This document shows, one piece after another, positions 8,357-18,072 of a DNA stretch of 64,000 nt. Position numbers and translations under genes: made by a program. Under the pieces are notes generated by a model. That model did not search any database, was not told the origin of the DNA, and saw nothing but the letters and a program-made list of their open reading frames with translations. How positions within the stretch are numbered: position 1 is the stretch's first letter; each line of letters starts with the position of its first letter. The DNA is from Planctomycetota bacterium (GTDB lineage: Bacteria; Planctomycetota; UBA8108; SXIK01): the NCBI GenBank assembly GCA_965223265.1, contig OZ244999.1, forward strand, positions 4,512,001 through 4,576,000, read 5' to 3'.

Positions 8357-10837
8357 TCAGGAGAGTTTCAAGTGCGACAGGTTTCTACGACTAAAAATCT
8401 CTCTCGGTAGTTGTGACAGGGCATCGACGATCGCGTCGATCGCGCCCGCGTCGACAGTCGGCTCCAAGGCTTTTAACTTTGCGGCAACTCGTCGGCCGAA
8501 ATCGCCCACCAAGGCCTCGACGTCCACGTGCGTCTCCGACGCCCCCAGGTCATCCGTACAATGATCCAGGCCTTGCTTTCTTTCATGTTTGTACTGAACC
8601 CGCTTGCAGCCGAGCTCGACGTCTTCATAGCCGTCGTTGAAAATGTCTCTGAGGACGTCGAGCACGCTGACCGCCTCACCGCTTGACGTCGTACAGCTGG
8701 CGCCGCGAAAGGTGAACTTTGCACCATGTTCCAGTTCGACTTTCGTGACTCTCAGTCGAGCCTCCGGTGGCACCGGGCTGTTTTCGTCGGCTTGTCGAAC
8801 CAACTGGAGGACACGATCGTAGACGTCCTGGAAACAGATGAGGAAGCGCACGAGCTCCTCGGTTGTCAGGAAGATAAAATCGAACGAGACCACCACTTCA
8901 CCGCAGGGGCTCCCCTTCATGATCACCGTACGGCCATCACTGGGTTCATGCAGAGAGTCCAGGAGCGAATTGAGAGCGGTTGACGATGGCGGGTCGATCG
9001 TGTCGGTGACGTCACCGTCGTGTGCGTCTCCGAGGTCCGCATGTGAGGTCGAGAGCTGTGGCTCGGCGGCGTCAACCGCCGGGTGCTCGTCCGCAATCGC
9101 TGGCGCGGTCTCTCCCTCAACGGGCAGCTGCGAACAACTGATCGGTGACTCGCAGGCGCCGACCTCGGTATCCGGCGAAACGTCTGCGGGGACATCGATG
9201 GAGCCGCTGATCACATTGGATCCAACTTGCGGCGCTGGAGTCTCGCTCACCGTTGAGTCAAGCGCGACTGTATCTGCTTCGGGTTCGTCAACTGCGTCGA
9301 ACGTACAATCCACCAAGGACCGCAAGTTGAGTCCTTCACACGTCTGCAAGTCTGCCGGATCAACGCCGACGAAACTGCATTCGTTCATGGTGCAGCCCGT
9401 AAACGTAGTCTCTCGCATCAATGAGCCGTTGAAACGCACGGCGCGAAACGTCGTGTTGCTCACTCGAGCACCGACGATCTGTGCATCTCTGAGCGAAATG
9501 TCACCGAATTCACAATCTCTGAGGTCGACACAATCGAACGTCGTGCTACCAAGATTCGTTCCAGCGAACCTGACTCGCGTGACGTTAGAGCGATAGAAAT
9601 CCGCGCGTTCGACCTCGAGATCAGCCAGTTCCATATCTTGGCAAAGCGAGCGGCGGAAACTCACTGCGCGCAAGTTGCAATTGCCGAACACCGTCGACCT
9701 CAGGCTACTACGCTCCAGGATAGCGGCCTCGAAGTTGCAACTCTCGAACACCGCATCAAGAAAGTTCGAACCTGACATCGCGACCTTGGAAAAGGACGAT
9801 TCCTTCACTTTCGCCCCATTCATGTTGACGTTATCGAGCTGGGAATCGTTGAAGGTCACTCCGCTGATGCGGCTGTTGAAGAAACTGCCATGGACGAGCA
9901 TAGCCCCCGTGAAATCAACCTCACGGATCTGCGCTCCTTTGAACGTCGTCCCGCGGCCGGAAACGCCACGCAGGCTCGCTTTCGTCAGTTCAGCACCGGC
10001 AAAATTCGTCGCTGAAAGCTGCGCCCCGTCCAGCCGTGCCCGAGAGAGATTGGAATTGGTCAAATTGGCGTAGGAGAAGTTGACCGAACAAAAATTCATC
10101 CCCTCGAGGTGCATATCCTCGAGGTTGACGCGCGACAGATTGGCTCCCTCGAAATTCACGCCACGAAGAGACCCTTCCAGGAACGTCGCCCCTTCCAGAT
10201 TAGCTCCGGAGAAATCGACCCCATCCAGGTTGATCCTGCTGAAATCGAAGTCGACGAAGTGCGCATCCGTAAACTTGACCCGGTTGATTGCAGTACCTTC
10301 GAACTTCGTCTGCCGAATGAGGCTCTTCGAGAAGTTAGCGTCCGTCAAGTCGACATGTCGAAAGGAGGTATTGACCATCTGTGCTGCCTCAAAGGCGGCA
10401 CCTTGGCACTGGCAGTTACAGAACGACGCGCCACCCAGATTCGTCGACACGAAAATGCTTGCACGAAGGTCGTTCTCAAAGAACTTGCAACGAAACAGGT
10501 TGGCACCTGTGAAATCGCACGAAACGATCTGCGCCGCTTTGAAATCGACACGCCTCAGATCCGTGTTGCGAAACTTAACACGCTCAAAATTCGCCAGGTC
10601 GACCGTCGCCGTTGCAAGGTTCGCGTCGGAAGCGTCAACGTCAGTCAGATTTGCGCCGCATAGATTGGCGCCGGCGAGGTCAGCACCGGACAGATTCGCT
10701 CCCGTCAAATCAGCGCTCTCGAGGTTCGCGCCTTTGAGTTGGCAATGGCTGAGGTCAAGGCCTCCGAGATTGAATCCGCGCAAAGGCTTTCGTTGAGCGA
10801 TGTGCGCAATCACATCTTCCCGGCTCATTTCTGCCAT
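8357..10837 (-). CDS. Pentapeptide repeat protein with acidic linker and unknown C-terminal domain
   Basis: About 500 aa of A(N/D)(L/F)xx repeats; likely start MAEMSRE at 10837. Confidence 0.9.
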   Translation of the reverse strand: MAEMSREDVIAHIAQRKPLRGFNLGGLDLSHCQLKGANLESADLTGANLSGADLAGANLCGANLTDVDASDANLATATVDLANFERVKFRNTDLRRVDFKAAQIVSCDFTGANLFRCKFFENDLRASIFVSTNLGGASFCNCQCQGAAFEAAQMVNTSFRHVDLTDANFSKSLIRQTKFEGTAINRVKFTDAHFVDFDFSRINLDGVDFSGANLEGATFLEGSLRGVNFEGANLSRVNLEDMHLEGMNFCSVNFSYANLTNSNLSRARLDGAQLSATNFAGAELTKASLRGVSGRGTTFKGAQIREVDFTGAMLVHGSFFNSRISGVTFNDSQLDNVNMNGAKVKESSFSKVAMSGSNFLDAVFESCNFEAAILERSSLRSTVFGNCNLRAVSFRRSLCQDMELADLEVERADFYRSNVTRVRFAGTNLGSTTFDCVDLRDCEFGDISLRDAQIVGARVSNTTFRAVRFNGSLMRETTFTGCTMNECSFVGVDPADLQTCEGLNLRSLVDCTFDAVDEPEADTVALDSTVSETPAPQVGSNVISGSIDVPADVSPDTEVGACESPISCSQLPVEGETAPAIADEHPAVDAAEPQLSTSHADLGDAHDGDVTDTIDPPSSTALNSLLDSLHEPSDGRTVIMKGSPCGEVVVSFDFIFLTTEELVRFLICFQDVYDRVLQLVRQADENSPVPPEARLRVTKVELEHGAKFTFRGASCTTSSGEAVSVLDVLRDIFNDGYEDVELGCKRVQYKHERKQGLDHCTDDLGASETHVDVEALVGDFGRRVAAKLKALEPTVDAGAIDAIVDALSQLPREIFSRRNLSHLKLS

Positions 10838-10957
10838 GGTTATCCCCTGAGATGGTGAAGCCCCCTCCACACTCCAGGGTCAGACGTTTCCGGCGGTTGA
10901 TGCTTCGTGCGCAACCGAAGACCTTGCATGCCAGATCGTCTAGGCAAAAGGCGAAGA

Positions 10958-10986
10958 AGTATAGAATCGCCATGGGTGGACGTCAA
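10958..10986 (-). promoter_or_regulatory. sigma70-like promoter of the pentapeptide gene
   Basis: TTGACG-N17-TATACT. Confidence 0.65.
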
Positions 10987-11147
10987 ACCATGACGATCTT
11001 CCACACTTGTAACGCTCTGGGACAGACCGACGTTACGTCAACGAAGTGGTTCCGGCGTGTCCAAGTCTTGGACACCGCACGACCAATCCCCGTTCGGGTT
11101 TTCGAACCGAGTCGTGCCGATGCGGAGTTGAGCTGCTCACCGCTCCT

Positions 11148-14100
11148 TCATTTCCGGACGGCTTGCCGCTCCATTGCATCCGGGTCGTAGCTGTCGAGCT
11201 CGACAGACACTTGAGTCGACACGCCACGCTCTTGCATCGTCACGCCGTAAAGCGTATCGGCCTCGGCCATGGTCGCCTTGTTATGGGAAACGACGATAAA
11301 CTGGGTCGACTCGAGAAACTCGCTCAGGAGGACGATGAAACGCCCAACGTTCACTTCGTCGAGTGGCGCATCGACCTCATCAAGGATGCAGAACGGACAC
11401 GGGCGCGACTTGAAGATCGCGAACAGGAGCGCCAACGTCGTCATCGTTTTCTCGCCACCAGACATGAGTGAAAGAGACGAGATGCGCTTACCGGGTGGAC
11501 GCGCGACGATTTCAATTCCGGACTCAAGCACGTCGTCCTCGTCCTCGAGCACCAGATCGGCCTTGCCGCCGCCAAAGCACTTGCGGAAGAGCTCCGAGAA
11601 ATTCTCCCTGACTTGTGTGAAGCTCGTGAAAAACTTCTCGCGACTCGTGACGTTGATGTCCTCGATAATCGCAGACAGACTCTGCTGACTCTCGACAAGG
11701 TCATCGCGCTGTGAGCGCTGGAACTCAAATCGCTGCTCGAGCTCGTCGAGCTCCTCAAGCGCAGCGAGATTGACGCTTCCCATGCGCCGCATGCTTTCTT
11801 GCAGCGTGCGCATCTCTGCACGGCTCTCCTCGGCGTTCCACTCTGGATCGGGCACCAGACACGCCGCTTCGCTTGGCGCTTCAATGTCGCTGACGCTCAT
11901 GGCGTCGAGTCGCGCTCTCTCCTGGCACACAAGGGGCTCTAGCTGCTGCCAACGCTCCTCCGCACTGGGCTCACCGCTCTGCTTCCCGCCTTTGGCTCGT
12001 TTTCCGCGGTCAGGCCAGTCGTCGCCGCTCGCAGCCGTCGATTCCGCCGCCCCTTGCCCACTCGTCTCAACTCGCTCGGCGGCGACCTCGTCAGCAGCGG
12101 CGCCGTCCTCAACTTCGCGCTGGTCAACATCGCCTTCAAGATCGCCGTCCACATCGCCGGTGTCACCTTCCTCAAGCCGTCGCAGAGCCGCATCCACGGC
12201 CGGCTCCCACGACAGAACGGCATTAAGGTCAAGACCATACTCCTCATCCATGCGCTCGAGTGTGTTGTTGCGCCGATGCCGCTCTTCTTGGTCTTGCAGC
12301 TGTGCTTCCTCTCGCCGCTTTTGCAGTCGCGAGATCTCACTTCGCAACCGATCACTCTCCTGCTGAAATCGTTCCTCCTCGGCGAGCATTTCAGCTTCAG
12401 CATCTTCCTCTGCCTCCACCAGGCTCCGCAAGGTCGCGACGCGCTCCTCGATTTGCACCGCCTCTTGGCGAGCGTTCACAACCGACTCCTGCGTCTCACC
12501 GCGCCGAGCTCGCAGCGCCTCGATATCTTTGGTGAGGCTTTCCAGGTCGCCACGCTTCTCAGCCATGGTCGCTTCCTGCCGTTTGAGCAGCTCCCGTGCC
12601 CCTTCCTCGCGGCGCTCACTCTGTGCCAAAAGCAGTCTGGCCTGCGTCAGCGACTCGTCCGACTCTTGCAGCTTGTCCGCCGCCGACCGCACAGACTCCT
12701 CAAGACTGTCGATCGCCTCCTCGCAAGCCTTCTCCTGTGAGTCGATGGCTTTCAACTCTTCCTTCAGAACGCTCAGCTTCTCCGCTCGCTGTGCGATCTC
12801 TGCCTGCAGCTCGGCATCCTCGTCGGCATGTACTTTTGACTCGCGCTGGAGGCGGTCGACGTCGCGCCGCACCTGCGCCAGCTTCTCCTCACTCTGCGTG
12901 CGCAGTCGGGAGTTTTCCGCCAGCGCCGCCGTGGCAGTTTCCCACTCCGCCTGCTTGTCTGCAATCTGCCGCTGCACCTCCGAGAGCCGCTGGCGCGTCT
13001 GACGTTCCTCGAGGGTGTACTGCTCGACCTCGCGCTTCAGCTCTTCCAGCTCGCTGCGACGCGAGATCAACCCAAGCTCCGTTTCGCCATGGATTGACAG
13101 AGCACCCCAAGGTTCGATCACCTCACCGGCGAGCGTCACCAGACGGAATGGTCGCAAGCCATTGCGCGAGAGACTTACCGCTGTGTCAAAGTCAGTCACC
13201 AGCAAGACGTTGGCGAGAAGTCGATCAAGTAACTCCGAGAAAAGATCCGGGACCACTACGAAGTCGCGCAATCGACCGATCACACCTTCGTGACGCGAGT
13301 AGTCTTCGTGCGGTAGAACATCGACACGGTCGAGACAGATGACCTCGATCGAACTCACGTCCTCGGCTCGCGCCAAGTCTAGAAGCTCCAGCGCCCCTTC
13401 ATGGGTCTCAACGACGAACGCCTGTGCGCGCTCGGCCAGTATGGCCTCAACGGCGAGAGCGTACTTGCGCTCGACCTTTAAAAGCGCAGCAAGTAGGCCA
13501 TGCGCATCACCCAACTCGCGGAGCTTCTCTTCGTTGGCGAGGATCTCGCGCACACCGCGACCGACGCCTTCAAAATTACGTTCCAGTGTCTCGAGCACCT
13601 CGCAGCGCGATTGTTTCTGGTGCAGCTGTGACAGCTTGTCTTCCAGTTCCCCTTGCACCGTCGCGCCGACCTGTCGCAGCTCGGTGAGCTGCCGGCTCAA
13701 GCATTCGCAGCTCGCCTCAAGCTCTTGACGCTCGACGTCGAGAGCGGCGAAAGCCTTCTCTTCGTTAGATTCGTTCGCACGCTCACCCTCGAGCCGCTCG
13801 GTAAGCTCCCCGACCAAGGCGACCAGGCGCGTCGATCGTGCCTGCAAGTTGCTCAACTCGGAGTCGAGCTGGACCGACTGGTTTGCGACGCGCGAGCGCC
13901 GCTGCAGCACACTCACGAGTTCGTCTTTCTTATGCCGCAGCTGCTGCTGGAAGCTATCACTCTGCTCGCGCTGCTGCTGCCGGTTCGCTAGCCAGGTCTC
14001 CACGGCCTCCTTCTGTGCCGAAATCGCTCGCCCGATCTCTTCGATTTCTAACGACTCCGCCCGCATCTGTTCTTCCACCCGGCTCACCGCCGCCTGCGTT

Positions 14101-15080
14101 TCAGAGACGCCTGCGAGCTTTCGCGACTCCTCCCCCTCAAGCTCGGCAATGCGCTGTGTCGCATGCTCAAGCTTCTGGCGCGTCCGCTCCAGAAGCACTT
14201 GCTCCGACGAGAATTTCTCGCGCAGCTCCCGAGCCCGTTCGACGCGCTGCTGACGCTTCTGTGCTCTGTCGTCGAGCTTTGCCTGCAGCCTCGCGAGGAG
14301 AGACTCTAAGCGCCGAATGCTGAAGTGGCACCAGTGCAGCCGCGCCGAAACGTCCGTTCGCACGTGCAGAGACTTCTTGTACGATTCGAGAGCAGCGCGG
14401 ACGCGAAGTTCCTTGAGACGATCGGAATAGCGGCGGTAACGCTTCGCCTTCGACGCCTGGGACTTGAGCCGCTGCACCCGACGCGCCACTTCGTCGAGGA
14501 CATCGTTGAGTCGAGACAGATTGTCTTCGACGCGCGCGAGAGCGCGGAGCGTTTCCGCCTTCTTGGCGCGATACTTCGAGATTCCAGCCGCTTCTTCGAA
14601 GATGATTCGCCGGTCATACTGATTCGCTTGCAAGAGGACATCGATTCGCCCCTGCTCGAGAATTGAATACGACGTGCGACCGATGCCCGTATCCATCGTC
14701 AGCGCTTTGATGTCCTTGAGGCGGCAGCGCTCCTTGTTGATCAGGTACTCGCTCTCACCGCTGCGGTAGAGACGGCGCGTGATCGCAACTTCGGCGAAGT
14801 CGACGTCGAGAAAGCGATCCTGATTATCGAAGACGACCGTAACTTCGGCGAAACCGGTCGGCTTGCGGATCTGTGTGCCGTTGAAGATCACGTCGCGCAT
14901 CTCTGAGCCGCGCATGCCCTTCGCGGACTGCTCGCCAAAGATCCACTTGAATGCATCAACGACGTTCGATTTGCCGCAGCCGTTCGGCCCGACAACCGCA
15001 GTCATCCCGTCGGCGAACTCTAGGGATGTGCGGTCGGCAAACGACTTGAAGCCGAACATTTCCAGTTTTTTGAGGTGCAT
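11148..15080 (-). CDS. smc: Chromosome segregation protein SMC
   Basis: GFKSFAD, GPNGCGKSN, hinge, coiled coils, MSGGEK and LDEVDAPLD. Confidence 0.97.
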   Translation of the reverse strand: MHLKKLEMFGFKSFADRTSLEFADGMTAVVGPNGCGKSNVVDAFKWIFGEQSAKGMRGSEMRDVIFNGTQIRKPTGFAEVTVVFDNQDRFLDVDFAEVAITRRLYRSGESEYLINKERCRLKDIKALTMDTGIGRTSYSILEQGRIDVLLQANQYDRRIIFEEAAGISKYRAKKAETLRALARVEDNLSRLNDVLDEVARRVQRLKSQASKAKRYRRYSDRLKELRVRAALESYKKSLHVRTDVSARLHWCHFSIRRLESLLARLQAKLDDRAQKRQQRVERARELREKFSSEQVLLERTRQKLEHATQRIAELEGEESRKLAGVSETQAAVSRVEEQMRAESLEIEEIGRAISAQKEAVETWLANRQQQREQSDSFQQQLRHKKDELVSVLQRRSRVANQSVQLDSELSNLQARSTRLVALVGELTERLEGERANESNEEKAFAALDVERQELEASCECLSRQLTELRQVGATVQGELEDKLSQLHQKQSRCEVLETLERNFEGVGRGVREILANEEKLRELGDAHGLLAALLKVERKYALAVEAILAERAQAFVVETHEGALELLDLARAEDVSSIEVICLDRVDVLPHEDYSRHEGVIGRLRDFVVVPDLFSELLDRLLANVLLVTDFDTAVSLSRNGLRPFRLVTLAGEVIEPWGALSIHGETELGLISRRSELEELKREVEQYTLEERQTRQRLSEVQRQIADKQAEWETATAALAENSRLRTQSEEKLAQVRRDVDRLQRESKVHADEDAELQAEIAQRAEKLSVLKEELKAIDSQEKACEEAIDSLEESVRSAADKLQESDESLTQARLLLAQSERREEGARELLKRQEATMAEKRGDLESLTKDIEALRARRGETQESVVNARQEAVQIEERVATLRSLVEAEEDAEAEMLAEEERFQQESDRLRSEISRLQKRREEAQLQDQEERHRRNNTLERMDEEYGLDLNAVLSWEPAVDAALRRLEEGDTGDVDGDLEGDVDQREVEDGAAADEVAAERVETSGQGAAESTAASGDDWPDRGKRAKGGKQSGEPSAEERWQQLEPLVCQERARLDAMSVSDIEAPSEAACLVPDPEWNAEESRAEMRTLQESMRRMGSVNLAALEELDELEQRFEFQRSQRDDLVESQQSLSAIIEDINVTSREKFFTSFTQVRENFSELFRKCFGGGKADLVLEDEDDVLESGIEIVARPPGKRISSLSLMSGGEKTMTTLALLFAIFKSRPCPFCILDEVDAPLDEVNVGRFIVLLSEFLESTQFIVVSHNKATMAEADTLYGVTMQERGVSTQVSVELDSYDPDAMERQAVRK

Positions 15081-15207
15081 GCGTTGTTCTCAAAAGCTCA
15101 CGAAGAGTCGTCGTCGACGCTTCGCGTCCTGTTTCTCGTTCACTCTCTTCAACGGACCGTCGATCTTTCCTTCTCTCTTCGGCGACACACCGGCTCAAGT
15201 ATTTGGG

Positions 15208-15897
15208 TCAGCTGGTACGGCTCGCAGGGTCCACCGAGCGGAGCTCGCTGGATCTCCGCGCCGCCGCGTCGCCCCTCGCCTTCTGCGTGCCCGCACCTCG
15301 CCCACCCCGTCTCACACCGGCCTCTTCTTGCACGGAGCCGGCACCTTCGACCGACTCGGGGCGTTCAACGGAATCTGACTCTGATTGTGAATCTGTCGCG
15401 CGGCTTGGACGATCTTCCCCAAGTTCCGCGGCACGTCCTGAGAGCTGTCGCTTCTCGAGCGCTAGTACCGCGTGCAAGAATTCGTCGACGTCCTTGAATT
15501 CCCGATAGACGGACGCAAACCGAACATAGGCGACGTGATCGACGTCGCGAAGCGCTTCGCTCACCATTTGGCCGATGATTTTTGTGCTCACTTCACTGTC
15601 GTGCTGCTCGAAGACCCGAGCCTCAACGGTGGAAACGATGTTCTCGATCTGCTCCATCGACGTGTTACGCTTCTCGCACGCCTTCAGTAGCCCATGAAGA
15701 ATCTTATCGCGACAAAACGTCTCGTAGCTAGAGTCCTTCTTAATGACGCGCCTGGGTGAGGACTCCGTACGCTCGTAGGTCGTGAACCGTTTGCCACACG
15801 CCGAGCACTCGCGCCGGCGACGGATCACCCGGCCTTCGCCGATCGTGCGGCTATCAACGACGTGGTCGTCATCAACTCGGCAAAACGGACAACGCAT
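15208..15897 (-). CDS. nrdR: Transcriptional repressor NrdR with low-complexity C-terminal tail
   Basis: MRCPFC, RRRRECSAC..RFTTYE, ATP cone and VAYVRFASVYREF. Confidence 0.95.
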   Translation of the reverse strand: MRCPFCRVDDDHVVDSRTIGEGRVIRRRRECSACGKRFTTYERTESSPRRVIKKDSSYETFCRDKILHGLLKACEKRNTSMEQIENIVSTVEARVFEQHDSEVSTKIIGQMVSEALRDVDHVAYVRFASVYREFKDVDEFLHAVLALEKRQLSGRAAELGEDRPSRATDSQSESDSVERPESVEGAGSVQEEAGVRRGGRGAGTQKARGDAAARRSSELRSVDPASRTS

Positions 15898-16193
15898 AGA
15901 CTCCCTCAAATCGCGTCCTGGCTATTGCAAAGTCCGGCGCCAACGCTGCACCGAATCGCTCGTCAGAAAGGCGGATGAGCTCCTCCTCACGGCCGAATCT
16001 GCCGGACTCGCGCGCCTCAACTGCGGGCGCAGCACGATTCCGAAGCCGTGGCCGAAAACGTGGGCTCTTGGCGACAACCTCCGTTGACAGCCAAGCGCCA
16101 CTCCTCTTCACTTGGACGGACTCTCTCTTCACCGTTCCGGGGCAAGCTGGCGACCAGCTCACGTAAAACTCTCTGTCCCAGAACAATAGGCAA

Positions 16194-16222
16194 ATTTTAT
16201 CGGTCGCCGCGGTCGACTTCAA
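16194..16222 (-). promoter_or_regulatory. sigma70-like promoter upstream of nrdR-smc
   Basis: TTGAAG-N17-TAAAAT, about 290 nt upstream of nrdR. Confidence 0.5.
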
Positions 16223-16321
16223 GTGTGCCAGCGACGATTCTCGAGCCTTGGTGCACAGGTTGTCCGGCAGGCTCCAGCTCCGGAAAGCCGCCACGAACAC
16301 AGCTCGGCGGGCGCAGGCAGC

Positions 16322-17872
16322 TCACTTGCCGATGCAGAATCGGGAGAAAATCTGCCCCAGGATCCGATCCGAGGACACCACCTCGCCGGATAGAGTGGAG
16401 AGCGCGTCCAGCCCACCACGCAGCTCTGCGGCGACGAACTCGTACCCGAGATCCGTGGCGAGGGCAGTCTCCGCCCGGACAAGCTCCGCGCACGTCGACT
16501 GCAGCTTGGCTTCCTGGTGTGCACTCACGAGAAACTCGGCGCGGGCCGAAGAGGCCGCGCGCGGCCGGTCCGCTGGGGCGTGGAGGACCCGGTCGATCAA
16601 CGCCTCGATTCCGTCGCCGGTGTGCGCCGAAACGAGGCTTGGCCGCTGCCGCTCCAGACGCCACTCCCGGAGCCATCGCGCCGCCGCGCTCGGCGTCAGA
16701 AGGTCGCTCTTCTGGACGACCGGGACGGCCTCCCTCACGGCTCCAGATAGCGCGTCGAACTCGGCCAGAGACGCGGCGCCGCCGTCGGAGCCAGACGGAT
16801 CAACAACCCAGAGCACGACGTCGGCATCTTCGAGTTCGATCCGCGTCAGCCGCTCCACAACGCGCCAGATCGCCGCGTCGGACGGATCCCTCGCCCCGGC
16901 GTGCTCGCTGCTGCCGCGGAACACCACACCGTCAGAGACTGGGTCATCGGCGACCGCACGGTCATGCCGTGCCGCGTTCGCGCCGACGAAAAAACGAACG
17001 TCGTAGAAACCCGCCAAATCGATCCACTCGACCGATCGGCCGTGCTGCCTGGTGAATACACGCACCGGATCGCGCGTTGTCCCCGCCATCGGCGTGGCAA
17101 TCGCCGCCTCCTGCGCCGCGACAGCGTTGAGCAAGCTCGACTTCCCGGCGTTCGGAAAACCGGCCAAAACAACCCGCAGCTGCGACGCGGAGCGGGCGCG
17201 ACGATGGCAAACCTTGAGGAGCGATTCGACCTTTTCGCGGACGCTGGTGACGCGCTCCGCGACCGAGGCGCGCGCGAGCAGCGGCAAGTCCTCGTCGGGA
17301 AAGTCGAGCCCCGCTTCAACCAGCGCCACCGTCTCGAGTAGTTCACCGGCGATCGCATCCACGCACGCGCGAAACTCGCCCCGCAGCGTTCGCCGCGCCG
17401 CCTTGGCCTCCGCTGCCCCATGAGCTGCGATCAAATCGCCCACCGCTTCAGCCTGCGACAGTTCCAAACGGCCGCTCAGAAACGCGCGGAGCGTGAACTC
17501 GCCGGGCGCTGCCAAGCGCACCCCCGGCGCTTTCCCGCGCGGCGGTGTAAGCACTGCGCGCACAATCGCCGCCAGCACCGGCGGCGAGCCGCAGACTAGC
17601 AGCTCCACCATGTCTTCGCCAGTGTACGACTTCGGCGCTCGATAAACCGTGGCCCACACCTCGAGCTGTTCACCTGCCGAAAGCGTCAGCTCAAGCCTAA
17701 CGCTTGAAAAACCGCCGCACTCAAGCGCGGCCGCACTCGCAGGCTCTGCAAGCCGCGCCACGGTAGCAATCGCCGCCACACCACTCACTCGAACGAGTGC
17801 GCGTGCTCCCGAACCGGAGGGGGTAGCGACCGCGACGATGGTTTCGGCAGGGTCCGCGACTGGCTGACTCAT
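16322..17872 (-). CDS. mnmE: tRNA modification GTPase MnmE
   Basis: TIVAVATP, PKSYTGED, PGEFTLRAF, GFPNAGKSSLLN, GTTRD and C-terminal FSRFCIGK. Confidence 0.95.
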   Translation of the reverse strand: MSQPVADPAETIVAVATPSGSGARALVRVSGVAAIATVARLAEPASAAALECGGFSSVRLELTLSAGEQLEVWATVYRAPKSYTGEDMVELLVCGSPPVLAAIVRAVLTPPRGKAPGVRLAAPGEFTLRAFLSGRLELSQAEAVGDLIAAHGAAEAKAARRTLRGEFRACVDAIAGELLETVALVEAGLDFPDEDLPLLARASVAERVTSVREKVESLLKVCHRRARSASQLRVVLAGFPNAGKSSLLNAVAAQEAAIATPMAGTTRDPVRVFTRQHGRSVEWIDLAGFYDVRFFVGANAARHDRAVADDPVSDGVVFRGSSEHAGARDPSDAAIWRVVERLTRIELEDADVVLWVVDPSGSDGGAASLAEFDALSGAVREAVPVVQKSDLLTPSAAARWLREWRLERQRPSLVSAHTGDGIEALIDRVLHAPADRPRAASSARAEFLVSAHQEAKLQSTCAELVRAETALATDLGYEFVAAELRGGLDALSTLSGEVVSSDRILGQIFSRFCIGK

Positions 17873-18072
17873 GGCCGCCGCCGGGTGCCGAGCGTCGACG
17901 ACGACACGTTCGACGCGGCAGCGCGCCTCTGTTCGTGTCCGCCTCTGTCACCGTCCCCGTGCCCGTCCCCAAATCCGTTTCGATCTCGGCGTCTGGCCAT
18001 CAGTCCCCGCTCCCCGCAGGGAGCATTCGGCGTGCCGTGCAGATCCGACCTCCGACGGCGTGAGGCGAACCG

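Noticed and set aside
17930-17972. Degenerate GGGACG/GGCACG hexamer run between yidC and mnmE
   Set aside because: Short and imperfect; ordinary low-complexity spacer
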